Assembly: GCA_043801585.1 (NCBI GenBank)
Contig: JAZDLX010000179.1
Span: 1 to 64,000 of the forward strand
DNA: 64,000 nucleotides
Source: a bacterium
Lineage (GTDB): Bacteria; Electryoneota; Electryoneia; Electryoneales; Electryoneaceae
Direction: 5' to 3'
Under the pieces are notes generated by a model, which saw nothing but the letters and a program-made list of their open reading frames with translations, made no database searches and was not told the origin of the DNA. Positions 29,542-39,041 of this stretch are shown here, one piece after another (position 1 is the first letter of the stretch; every line of letters starts with the position of its first letter). The position numbers and the translations under genes were made by a program.

Positions 29542-30630
29542 TCACTGGTCCAGAGGGCGACCGCAATAAATGCCAAGGGCTTCCGCCGTACGAACAAGCT
29601 GGCCATCGGGATCCACGAACTTCTGTTTGCCGATTGCATCGACGATCGGAACATCCAGCACGTCGTTCCCACGGAGTGCAACCATCTGTCCGAATTTCTT
29701 GTCGGCGACAAGTTCCATTGCGTGCATGCCGAAGCGGGTTCCCAGCATCCGGTCAATAGTTGTTGGGGTACCGCCGCGCTGCAGGTGGCCGAGAATGATG
29801 TGGCGGACGTCCACGCCGAGCCGTTTCGACACCATCCCGGCGAACCACGTCCCCGGTGTGTCGCTCTTGCGGCGGCGATTCACGTTTTCCTCCGGGTGGG
29901 GGAGGGGTTTTGCTGCTTCCGACACGACGGCGATGGAGAAGGTGCTGCCACGCGCATAACGACTCTTGATAAACTTCAGCGCTTCGTCCAGATCGTAGGG
30001 AATTTCCGGAATCAGGATCAGATCGGCTCCGCCCGAGATTCCCGCCTCCAGCGCGATCCAGCCCGCGTCACGACCCATTACCTCAAGCACCATCGTCCGT
30101 CGATGGGATTCAGCGGTGGAGTGCAAACGGTCGAGCGCTTCCGTGGCTACGGTGACTGCGGTGTTGAAACCGAATGTCACGTCCGTGGCGAGGAGATCGT
30201 TGTCGATGGTCTTCGGAACCCCGACAACGGGCATCCCTTTCTCGAAGAAACGCTGGGCGATGCTCATCGTGCCGTCACCGCCGATGGCGATCAGGGCGTC
30301 GAGAGAGAGCGCCTCAAAATTCTCCATGCACTTGTCGGACAAATCCACTGTGCGGACCGACCCATCCGGCTCTTTCAGATCGTATTCAAAGGGATTGCCG
30401 CGGTTGGTGGTTCCCAGAATCGTGCCGCCTTTCGGCAGGATTCCTCGGACGGCTTTCCTGTCGAGCTGGGTAATTCTGCGGGTGTTGATCAGTCCTTCAA
30501 AGCCGTCTTCGATTCCAATGACCTCTACGTTGTAACGGTTCAACGCAGTTTTAACCACAGCCCGGATGACGGCATTCAGGCCCGGCGCATCTCCGCCACC
30601 TGTCGTTACGGCGACACGTTTAACGCTCAT
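29542..30630 (-). CDS. pfkA: 6-phosphofructokinase (group III-like)
   Basis: GGDAPG, GGDGT, PKTIDND, EVMGRDAG, LGHLQRGG. Confidence 0.92.
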   Translation of the reverse strand: MSVKRVAVTTGGGDAPGLNAVIRAVVKTALNRYNVEVIGIEDGFEGLINTRRITQLDRKAVRGILPKGGTILGTTNRGNPFEYDLKEPDGSVRTVDLSDKCMENFEALSLDALIAIGGDGTMSIAQRFFEKGMPVVGVPKTIDNDLLATDVTFGFNTAVTVATEALDRLHSTAESHRRTMVLEVMGRDAGWIALEAGISGGADLILIPEIPYDLDEALKFIKSRYARGSTFSIAVVSEAAKPLPHPEENVNRRRKSDTPGTWFAGMVSKRLGVDVRHIILGHLQRGGTPTTIDRMLGTRFGMHAMELVADKKFGQMVALRGNDVLDVPIVDAIGKQKFVDPDGQLVRTAEALGIYCGRPLDQ

Positions 30631-30844
30631 GAGTCCAGCCTCAAATGATGAAAAGGTCTGCAAGGGGTGAAAATCCGGAACCGTCGACCCCCGGCGTTCC
30701 GGTCACGCCAAACGTACAAGAAAATGTCTCAAAATCAAAAGGGAGCGACCTTCCTTAGTGAAGTTTCCAAGCACGTTCAGAGGGATGCGCGGGTGTTCTC
30801 TCTGTGTGCATCTTCATGGGTGGCAAGAGGATGACGACAACGGG

Positions 30845-32605
30845 GTGAACGCTTTGCTCAGAAGGTGGAAAATACCTCCGGGAGGAATCCTGGCCCTGAT
30901 TTTCATGACGGGGTTCAGCGGCTGCATGAATACCCGCCCGGTCGTCTCGGCAAATGCGGGTGAAGGACTTCGGCTGCACGCTATCACCATTCGGACGCAG
31001 GGAGGTCTTTCCGCATCTGATGTGGAAAGGGAGATTTTGTTGCATCGGGGGGATGTAGTCGATACATCCCTTGTCAATGCTGCGCGCGATTCACTAAAAA
31101 ACCGCCTGAATCGCCACGCGGGATATCCCTTTGCACACCTGCTCCGCTGGGAGTTGGTTCCGCACGGGAATCGGTCCGTCGATCTGGAAGTGCTGGTGGA
31201 CTCCGGCCCACTTGCCATTGTGGATACTCTCCAGATTACAGGACTTCCCCCCGCGTACGCGGGGGATATCCGACCTCTCCTGAAAACCGCAGCCGGAGCG
31301 CCGTTCGATCCAGCACTGTGGGAGAACGATCTCGAACTCGTGCAAACAAACCTTCTCGAGCGCGGACACCCTTTCGCAAAGGTGATGACTTCGCCGCTGA
31401 CGATACGTGATCGCGGAGATACAGTGGGTGTCATCGCGGGCATGGAGGTCGTGCCGGGGAGACGGGTGTCGCTGGACCATGTGGAGATTGCCGGTCTGAA
31501 ACGGACGAATGTACGCCTCGCTGCGCGAGCCGCCCACATTTCTCCAGGGACACCTTTTCATCCGGAACGGCTGAAGGCGGCTCGGCGCAGGTTGCTCACA
31601 ACCGGATGGTTCAGTGACGTGTCGGACGCCGAGCTGCTCCGTGACAGCGACGGACGCTACGGTATTCTCTATCGAGTGGAGGAAGGGGCCGCCGGGTCGG
31701 TTTCCGGTGTGGTCGGACTGGCACAGCAGGGTGAATCAGGGCTTTCCGGTGCGTTGGACGTTTCCCTGATCAATATCCTTGGCACGGGACGGTCGGCGGA
31801 GATTTCATGGCGGCGTGACAGTCCCCAATGGATCTCGTTTCATGTCGCCTATGGAGAGCCCTTTCTATTCGGAGGTCCTTTCTCTTTTCGATTTGAGCTG
31901 TCGCAGGAGGCCGCGGAGTCGTCCTGGGTAGCGCTCGATGCGGCGGCGGATCTGGGATTGGATGTCGGCACGGGCTGGAAAGTGATCGGCGGGATCACGG
32001 GGCGTGACGTCAACGCCGATAGCCTCGCCCCGGCAGCGGACAGCCTCAGCTACACCCTGGTTTCCCTGCGTGCGGCTGTGGAATTCGACTCACGGGATCG
32101 TCCCTGGAATCCTTCCATGGGAGGTTATTACCGTGCAGGTGCCGAACGAGGGTGGAGTATCGGTGGAAATGGATTCGCATGGATCAACCGAACGACTGTG
32201 GACATCGAACAATCGCTGCCGGTATATCCTGGATGGGTGGGATTCGCCGGATTGCATGGCGTGGAAGTGCGTACGGACGATGGCACTCCCCCACTCGCGG
32301 AATGGGAGAGGTTCGGGGGAGCCGCCTCTTTGCGGGGATACGCAGAACGAAGCCTGCTCGCACCCCGCGCCGGATGGCTCAACCTGGAGATGAGACGGAT
32401 TCTCGGGGGGGACAACCGAATTTTCGCGCTTTTTGATGTGGGAGTTCTCGATGGCGCGGGAAACAGCGCGGAATGGAAAACCTCCTGGGGACTGGGCGTT
32501 CAGACAGGGGCGGGAATCGGCGCGATACAGGTGGCGGTGGCTGTTCCGGCAGGGGAAGGATTCTCCGCTGCAACGGTGCATCTGATCGCCCGGACAACGT
32601 TTTAG
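30845..32605 (+). CDS. Omp85 (BamA/TamA-like) outer membrane protein with POTRA domains
   Basis: GYPFA / GHPFA POTRA motifs, NILGTG, GG..SLRGY, C-terminal Phe; possible lipobox FSG-C; start uncertain. Confidence 0.78.
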   Translation: MNALLRRWKIPPGGILALIFMTGFSGCMNTRPVVSANAGEGLRLHAITIRTQGGLSASDVEREILLHRGDVVDTSLVNAARDSLKNRLNRHAGYPFAHLLRWELVPHGNRSVDLEVLVDSGPLAIVDTLQITGLPPAYAGDIRPLLKTAAGAPFDPALWENDLELVQTNLLERGHPFAKVMTSPLTIRDRGDTVGVIAGMEVVPGRRVSLDHVEIAGLKRTNVRLAARAAHISPGTPFHPERLKAARRRLLTTGWFSDVSDAELLRDSDGRYGILYRVEEGAAGSVSGVVGLAQQGESGLSGALDVSLINILGTGRSAEISWRRDSPQWISFHVAYGEPFLFGGPFSFRFELSQEAAESSWVALDAAADLGLDVGTGWKVIGGITGRDVNADSLAPAADSLSYTLVSLRAAVEFDSRDRPWNPSMGGYYRAGAERGWSIGGNGFAWINRTTVDIEQSLPVYPGWVGFAGLHGVEVRTDDGTPPLAEWERFGGAASLRGYAERSLLAPRAGWLNLEMRRILGGDNRIFALFDVGVLDGAGNSAEWKTSWGLGVQTGAGIGAIQVAVAVPAGEGFSAATVHLIARTTF

Positions 32606-32713
32606 GCGGTCGTATATCTCCCACCGGACACCGTGCGCCTCTCCGTTCCCTTCACGACCATCTTGCCATTTCCGTATCTTTGCGCTTCAGTAGACGCAAC
32701 GAGTGAGGGTTGC

Positions 32714-33217
32714 ATGCAGAAAACGGTCAAAGGCCGGGTGTGGAAGTACGGTGATGACGTCAATACGGATGTCATTTTTCCCGGCAAGTACACCTATACG
32801 ATCAACGATCCCGAAGAGATGGCCGAACATGCCATGGAGGATCTTGATCCGGAGTTTGCGAAGAACGTTCGGCCGGGAGATGTCATTATCGGCGGGAAAA
32901 ACTTCGGGATGGGCTCCTCGCGTGAACAGGCGGCAACCTGCCTGAAAGTGAACGGCGTCGGGGCGATCATCGCAAAGAGCTTCAGCCGCATTTACTTCCG
33001 CAATGGGGTTAACACCGGCCTTCCGTTGATCACCTCGTCCAGGGTTCAGGAGGTGTTCGAGCATGGAGACGAGATCGAAATCGATTTCGAAAAGGGTGTG
33101 ATTCGGGGCAAGAAACAGGAGATCAAATTTCCCCCGTTCAGTGAATTCGTCTTCGGCATCATGGACGCAGGCGGTCTGATCCCGTACACGAGAAAGAGAC
33201 TGGGGATCGACAAGTAA
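32714..33217 (+). CDS. leuD: 3-isopropylmalate dehydratase / homoaconitase small subunit
   Basis: [34 protein letters not shown]. Confidence 0.85.
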   Translation: MQKTVKGRVWKYGDDVNTDVIFPGKYTYTINDPEEMAEHAMEDLDPEFAKNVRPGDVIIGGKNFGMGSSREQAATCLKVNGVGAIIAKSFSRIYFRNGVNTGLPLITSSRVQEVFEHGDEIEIDFEKGVIRGKKQEIKFPPFSEFVFGIMDAGGLIPYTRKRLGIDK

Positions 33218-33326
33218 TGTGTTCAGCCATCGAATTTTTTACGAGCGCCGGAATCCTTTTCTGCCCGGCGCTTTTTCACTCCTGGTCCGGAAGGCCTACC
33301 TTGATCACGGCATCAATGGAGGTGGC

Positions 33327-34577
33327 ATGAAACCGACGATCACGGAACTTGCCCTGACCCTCGGCACCTGGGGCGCGACTCCACCGGATGAAGAGGTGCA
33401 GCGTCGAGTGGTGGAACAACTGGCGGGGTGGGCGGCGCGGACGAGAATAATCCTGCGGGTTGAAGTGTACATGGACGCCCCCCAGGATCGAAACGCATTG
33501 CACGCCCTGGTGGAACACTCTCGAAAGAGCGAGAACGTCATTCCGATTGCAAGGCTGGAACCGAGAACGGATCGTTGGCGGTATTTGCGCGAAGCTGGAG
33601 TGAAAGAGGCGGTGTTCGAGGTGCCGGTGGGCGAGAAAGCGGCAGCGGCACGTTTCACACCGCATGGCGCCCTGAGGAGTCCCGGTTTCGCAGCCGAGGC
33701 GGTCCGTGACGCTGCTCTGTCCGGAATCGTTCCTGAAATTGCACTGGTTGACATCTGCCGGGCAAACGACGAAGCTGTTCAAAGCGTCATCCGTGGCGTT
33801 CAGAAGGAGTTACACCCCCGTGGTGCGGAATGCCGGTGGCGGCTGGTGGATAAGACAGGGCTTGGCTATCCCCTGCCGGGTTCGAGGCGGCCACGTTCAA
33901 TGTCGGGTTGGGTTCGTTGGATGAAACGGGAGTTTGGGATCTCAAGTGCACGGGTGAATGTACAGGCGTCCGACCTGCGCGGCCTTGCTCTCGCGAACAC
34001 ACTCGCGGGTGTGCAGGAGGGAGCGGGGGCGGTCTCAAGTCTGTTCGGACTTGGGCACAGTTCGGGATGGGCGGCGACCGAAGTCCTGCTTCTCCATCTG
34101 TGGAGGAAGATGGCGGGTATCGATGAGCTTCTCGAGTTGCAGGACGTTCTTGATGCGGAGAGGCGGCGTGATGATTATCGGCCGGTGAGTGGCCGCAGAG
34201 TATGGCAGATGCTAGGTGGCACGACTCCCGAAGATCTCTCTGCAAAACTGGATGCCCAGCTTGCAATCGATCCGAAACGGTTAACGGATCGTAAGCCCGA
34301 ACCGTTGCTGACTGCTCTCTCCGGACATGCTGGTTTGCTCCACCTGTTGCACCGAAATCTCCCTGGACGACAATTCGAGAGCGACGATCCCGAATCTCTG
34401 GCGATCAGTGCCCGGTTTGAAGAACAGTTCACTTCCGGTCGCCAACAACCCGTCGCGTGGAGCGAGCTTGCGCCCAAGGTGAAGGCTTCGTCGTTATCGA
34501 AAGGGGAAGACCGCGGGGAGCCGCCAGGCCGCACTCCGACTCACGCAGACGACACGCTGGATGAAGCGGACCTGTGA
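33327..34577 (+). CDS. Degenerate DRE-TIM (HMGL-like) protein resembling Re-citrate synthase
   Basis: RLVDKTGLGYPLPG...PRS, ALANTLA, SLFGLG..SG.A.TE, SGHAGL segments; catalytic motifs substituted; GGAGG RBS. Confidence 0.62.
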   Translation: MKPTITELALTLGTWGATPPDEEVQRRVVEQLAGWAARTRIILRVEVYMDAPQDRNALHALVEHSRKSENVIPIARLEPRTDRWRYLREAGVKEAVFEVPVGEKAAAARFTPHGALRSPGFAAEAVRDAALSGIVPEIALVDICRANDEAVQSVIRGVQKELHPRGAECRWRLVDKTGLGYPLPGSRRPRSMSGWVRWMKREFGISSARVNVQASDLRGLALANTLAGVQEGAGAVSSLFGLGHSSGWAATEVLLLHLWRKMAGIDELLELQDVLDAERRRDDYRPVSGRRVWQMLGGTTPEDLSAKLDAQLAIDPKRLTDRKPEPLLTALSGHAGLLHLLHRNLPGRQFESDDPESLAISARFEEQFTSGRQQPVAWSELAPKVKASSLSKGEDRGEPPGRTPTHADDTLDEADL

Positions 34578-34641
34578 TTTCAAATTTGATTTACACAGCC
34601 AATGCAACTTCAATCCATCGGAGCAAAGACATCCGTTTGAC

Positions 34642-34685
34642 TTGACAGGTAATCCATGGTGCCCTATAATTCGGTTATTGCCGAA
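34642..34685 (+). promoter_or_regulatory. Consensus sigma70 promoter and putative SdpR operator
   Basis: TTGACA (34642-34647) - 17 bp - TATAAT (34665-34670), followed by TTCGG-N6-CCGAA. Confidence 0.8.
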
Positions 34686-34826
34686 ATACCGAACAAATGG
34701 AGCAGCGCACATCATTTCGCTTTTTGACGTTAGTTCGGTGTCCGGCGAACAAAGGGAAATGTGCGGAATAAAAGGTGTTTTTTGACGTTTCAAATAATTC
34801 TGCGGGATTTCCCGGAGGAGGACTGA

Positions 34827-35132
34827 ATGGGCATGAACGATGTCTTCAAGGCGTTGAGTGACCCGACTCGCCGGGATATCCTGCATCTGCTTCGGCGAAG
34901 GGACAGGACCGCGGGAGAGATTTCGGATGCCTTTCCCCTGGCGAAATCGACCCTGTCAGGACATTTCAACGTCCTCAAAAGTGCCGGCCTGATCGTTGCG
35001 GAGCGGCAAGGCACGAGAATCGTTTATAGCCTCAATGTCTCCGTTTTCGAGGAGGCGATGGCCACAGTCATGGATCTTTTACGGCTCGGGCGGGAGGAGA
35101 GTTCGCCGCAGGAGGGGGGGGAGTCAAAATGA
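34827..35132 (+). CDS. sdpR: ArsR-family autorepressor, SdpR-like
   Basis: FKALSDPTRRDIL, TAGEI, KSTLSGHFNVLK, YSLNVSVFEE. Confidence 0.85.
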   Translation: MGMNDVFKALSDPTRRDILHLLRRRDRTAGEISDAFPLAKSTLSGHFNVLKSAGLIVAERQGTRIVYSLNVSVFEEAMATVMDLLRLGREESSPQEGGESK

Positions 35133-35827
35133 ACGAGAACGGAAATGTCAGTATGAAAAACGACTGGCCGGCCTGGCTGCTGATCATCTTGATGTTCGGT
35201 CTCGGAATAGCGTTGTGGTCCTCAAGTCCGGAGCAGATGCCCGTCCATTGGAATTGGAAGGGTGTGCCGGACGGTATGGGTGGAAAGTTTGAAGGGTTAC
35301 TCGCCATTCCTCTGTTGACGCTCGCGATTTATCTGCTGATGGTATTTCTGCCGCGCATCGACCCGGGGCGGGCGAACTACAGACTCTTCAGCGGCCCCTA
35401 TATCGTGATGCGATTGGCCATCATCGCCGTTATGGCTGCGATTTACTTTATCATGCTCGCCGCACAGCGCAAGCCGGATCTCAACATTGTTGCCTTTGTC
35501 CCCCTGCTCATCGGGATGATGTTTGTCGTGTTCGGAAACCTGATGGGGAAATTGCGCCCGAATTGGTTTGTCGGCATCCGAACGCCGTGGACACTGACTA
35601 GCAAACTCTCCTGGACGCGAACACATCGAGCCGGTGGTATCGGAATGGTTGTCCTGGGGCTGGTGCTGATGCCACTCGGTTTTCTAAAAACGGAAGCGTC
35701 GTTTTGGATTCTGATTATTGGCGTGTTCGGATGGGTGCTGTTCCTCCTTGTGTATTCCTATTTCATCTGGCGCATCGATCCCGACCGTGTTCCGCCGGCA
35801 GGCAGTGGACCGGCGGACGGAGTGTGA
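35129..35827 (+). CDS. sdpI: SdpI-family immunity membrane protein
   Basis: PVHWNWKG, RIDP, GNLMGKLRPNWFVGIRTPWTL...W..THR. Confidence 0.88.
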   Translation: MNENGNVSMKNDWPAWLLIILMFGLGIALWSSSPEQMPVHWNWKGVPDGMGGKFEGLLAIPLLTLAIYLLMVFLPRIDPGRANYRLFSGPYIVMRLAIIAVMAAIYFIMLAAQRKPDLNIVAFVPLLIGMMFVVFGNLMGKLRPNWFVGIRTPWTLTSKLSWTRTHRAGGIGMVVLGLVLMPLGFLKTEASFWILIIGVFGWVLFLLVYSYFIWRIDPDRVPPAGSGPADGV

Positions 35828-35973
35828 TTCTGGAATCAATCATACGAACGCTGGCCCGAAGGGTTATCTTCCCTTCGGGCATGTTATTTCATAGGTTTAA
35901 GGGTGCAAGACCGGCTGTGATCACTGGTGTTTCCGGGGCGCTACCATCCAAAAGGAAAAGGATCCGGGGTTTT

Positions 35974-36954
35974 ATGACCAGCCAATCAACCCACCATGAT
36001 CGCATTCCTTTTCTCCAGGCAGTCGCGGAGTATCCGATTCTGCTTGCAGAGGGATCGATTATTGAAAAACTGGCGCGAGAGGGATGGCCACAGGTTCGTG
36101 GACCTGCAGCGAACGCGTCCCTGCTCTTTGACAGGGATGGCCGTGAGGCGCTGCGAGATGCTTACCGTGAATACCTCGAGGTGGGGAGAAAGGCCGGCCT
36201 GCCGTTGGTTCTTCTGACCCCCACGTGGAGAGCCAATGCGGAACGTCTGGCACGTGCCGGGTTGCCGGGGGTCATCGAGACCAACCGTGAGGCCGTAAGG
36301 CTCCTGAAGGGAATCGCTGAAGACGCCGGGGAGTATGCGAAGAACGTCTACATCGGCGGACTGATGGGATGTTACGGTGACGCGTACAGGCCCGAGGAGG
36401 CGTTGTCGGAGAGGGAAGCCTACGGATTTCATCGCGAGCAGGCGTCAGCTCTTGCGAATGCTGGAGTGGATTTTCTGATGGCCGCCACCTTGCCCGAAGC
36501 GAACGAAGCGGCGGGCATTGCCCGGGCGATGGCTGAGACTGGAGTTCCCGCTGTGCCGAGCTATGTCATCAGGCGTACGGGAGAAATGCTGGATGGCACT
36601 CCGCTGGTGAATGTCGTGCGCCGCATTGATTCAGTCTGTCAACCGTCAGTTGCCTTCCACATGGTGAATTGCGTCCACCCCGATGTTTTCACCTCAGCAA
36701 TGGAAACGCAGACCCGGATCTGGCCCGAGTTGTCATCTCGCATCCTTGGTCTGCAGGCGAACACCTCTCCGCGTAGCCCCGAGGAGCTAGACGGCCTTGA
36801 TCATGTCGACGGCGACGGACCCGATCCCTTCACTCAGTCGATGCTGAAAGCACAACGGAATGCCGTTCTGCGCATCCTCGGCGGGTGCTGCGGTACGAGC
36901 ACAGCCCATCTGTCCGCTCTGGCAGAGGGTATCACCCTTCCTCGATTCGAGTAA
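35974..36954 (+). CDS. Homocysteine S-methyltransferase family protein
   Basis: TPTWRAN, GDAYRP, VNCVHP, GGCCGT zinc ligands. Confidence 0.88.
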   Translation: MTSQSTHHDRIPFLQAVAEYPILLAEGSIIEKLAREGWPQVRGPAANASLLFDRDGREALRDAYREYLEVGRKAGLPLVLLTPTWRANAERLARAGLPGVIETNREAVRLLKGIAEDAGEYAKNVYIGGLMGCYGDAYRPEEALSEREAYGFHREQASALANAGVDFLMAATLPEANEAAGIARAMAETGVPAVPSYVIRRTGEMLDGTPLVNVVRRIDSVCQPSVAFHMVNCVHPDVFTSAMETQTRIWPELSSRILGLQANTSPRSPEELDGLDHVDGDGPDPFTQSMLKAQRNAVLRILGGCCGTSTAHLSALAEGITLPRFE

Positions 36955-37054
36955 TTCCTTCGGGTAGCAAAGGGAAAGAAACGAAGGAGAATGCGAATAA
37001 CGTCTTTAATGGTAAATAATATTGCGTTATATGTATAACAGGAATAATCTTCCA

Positions 37055-38890
37055 TTAGACTTTCAAAGAGGTCAGTTCTTCTTCAAGTTGGCCGACCAGT
37101 TCATCAAGCCGGTGTGCCACTGCAAGGATCGTTGAAGAGTCGTTCAGATCCGCTCCTGCTCTCTCAAGAAGAATCATCGGATGGTCGCTGCCGCCGGAAC
37201 GGAGCAGTTTGAGGTAGCGCTCTTTTGCATCACCGCTGTCCGTGCGAATGGCTTCGAAGATTTTCGCTGAGGCTGCGAACGACGTCGCGTATTGATAGAC
37301 GTAAAAGGGGCTGTGGAAGAAATGCGGGATGCGCGCCCAGGTGACCCGATAGAGTTCATCCTCGTCGATGGCGTTACCGTAATAGTCCTCAAGCAGCTCG
37401 TTGTAAAGATTTCCAAGAACCTCCGCGGTGACCGGTTCTCCGCTTTCGACAAGACGGTGCGCTTTCAGCTCGAATTCCGCAAAGAGAGACTGAGTGTAAT
37501 AGGTTCCAACAATTCCATCGATGGCGTGCTGCAAAAGTATTGCTCGTTCAAAGGGGTCACTCGTCTTGCGCAGCAGTTCGTCGAGGAGCAAAGCCTCGTT
37601 CATGGTGCTTGCCACTTCCGCGACAAAGATGGTGTACTGGGAGTAAACGAAGGGTTGAATCTCGTCCGAAAGCAGCGAGTGCATTGTGTGGCCGAGTTCG
37701 TGTGCGAGGGTGAAAACGTCGTCAAGAGTATCCTTGTAATTCAGCAGCATGTACGGATGCACCCCGTACACTCCCGCAGAATAGGCTCCACTTCGTTTTC
37801 CCTCGTTCTCGTAAACGTCGATCCAACGATCGGCGAACGCACGTTCCATTTGCGAGACGTAGTCTTTCCCCAAGGGTTCCACCGAGGAGAGAATCAATTC
37901 ACGGATACTGTCATAGGGATACCGGGGTTCTTTCTCGACGAGGGTAACGAAACCGTCGTAGAGGTGGTAGGCGTCGAGAGCGAGGAATTTTCTGCGGAGC
38001 CGGTGGTAGCGCTGCATCGGCGCAGCATTCTGACGCGTCGTGTTTACAAGGGTCTCGACGACCGACACGGGAACGTTGTCTCCATGCAGACTCGATTCAA
38101 GGACGGACGGATAGTGACGTGCCTGAGCGTGGAACCAGCCTTTTTGAAGCACCCCTGCATAGATCGAGGCGTAGCTGTTCACCTTTTCTTCAAAGAGAGA
38201 ATAATGCGCCCGAAAAACCTGTTCGCGGTCGGATTGATCACGCAATGTCGACAACAGTGATCGATAGGCGCCGGGAGTGACGGTAACCGTCTCCCCGGTC
38301 GAGAGGGCGACATCCTTGAAACGGGCGTCGGCCGTTGAAAGCATCTGGTACGTCGAAGAGGGAGTGCTTGAAAAACGGCTGGAGAGCGCCATCAGGTGTT
38401 CGCCCGGCTCGTCCAGAACGTGCTCCGCCTGCCGGAAGAGCTCTTCAAGAGCGAAACGGTAGAGTGCCAGATCGCTGCTGCGATCCATCCACTGGCGAAC
38501 GATTTCGATTCCCAGACCGAGAACCTCAGGAGAATACCAGGAGATTGCCAGGTTGAAGCGGGCGAATAATTCCTGCACGCGCTGGCGGCGAGCATCCATT
38601 TGATTGTCACGCTGGTCCGTGTCGAACTCCAGCGAAGGGTAGTACCAGACACGGTAGGAGAGGATCGAGACCCTGTCGTGGAGACGCAGGAATGCGAGCA
38701 GGTGTTTACCCGTATTGTCGTTCAACGTCCCCTTGAACGCAGCAAGTTCTCCGATCTGCGCTTCAAGTTCGCTCACCGATTTTTCCCAGGAAGCCCAATC
38801 AGGAAGAACGGCTGTAAGGTCCCATCGATAACGATTGGGGATGTCTGCACGAACCCGCGATTGGGACTGGTTTCCTGTCGTCTCGCTCAT
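37055..38890 (-). CDS. pepF: Oligoendopeptidase F (M3B), cytoplasmic
   Basis: RWDL, GKRSGAYS, HELGH, AEVAS, WARIPHF; no signal peptide from M38890. Confidence 0.92.
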   Translation of the reverse strand: MSETTGNQSQSRVRADIPNRYRWDLTAVLPDWASWEKSVSELEAQIGELAAFKGTLNDNTGKHLLAFLRLHDRVSILSYRVWYYPSLEFDTDQRDNQMDARRQRVQELFARFNLAISWYSPEVLGLGIEIVRQWMDRSSDLALYRFALEELFRQAEHVLDEPGEHLMALSSRFSSTPSSTYQMLSTADARFKDVALSTGETVTVTPGAYRSLLSTLRDQSDREQVFRAHYSLFEEKVNSYASIYAGVLQKGWFHAQARHYPSVLESSLHGDNVPVSVVETLVNTTRQNAAPMQRYHRLRRKFLALDAYHLYDGFVTLVEKEPRYPYDSIRELILSSVEPLGKDYVSQMERAFADRWIDVYENEGKRSGAYSAGVYGVHPYMLLNYKDTLDDVFTLAHELGHTMHSLLSDEIQPFVYSQYTIFVAEVASTMNEALLLDELLRKTSDPFERAILLQHAIDGIVGTYYTQSLFAEFELKAHRLVESGEPVTAEVLGNLYNELLEDYYGNAIDEDELYRVTWARIPHFFHSPFYVYQYATSFAASAKIFEAIRTDSGDAKERYLKLLRSGGSDHPMILLERAGADLNDSSTILAVAHRLDELVGQLEEELTSLKV

Positions 38891-38987
38891 GACGTCCTCA
38901 TGGTTGTTACCGGGGAGTATGGGGAGATGGGGCGTTATGAACAAGAAGATAGCCGGTCGGAAGGAGAGCCTTGGAGTGCATATCCAC

Positions 38988-39018
38988 AAAGAAACCCCGG
39001 ATGAAGACCATCCGGGGT
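38988..39018 (-). terminator. Intrinsic terminator after the second pepF
   Basis: 10-bp stem ACCCCGGATG / CATCCGGGGT plus T-rich tail on the minus strand. Confidence 0.7.
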
Positions 39019-39041
39019 CATCGCAGGGAACAGCAAACGGG

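Noticed and set aside
29358..29756. N-terminal extension of the hisC ORF overlapping pfkA
   Set aside because: HisC homology starts at M29357; the extension is simply a stop-free frame
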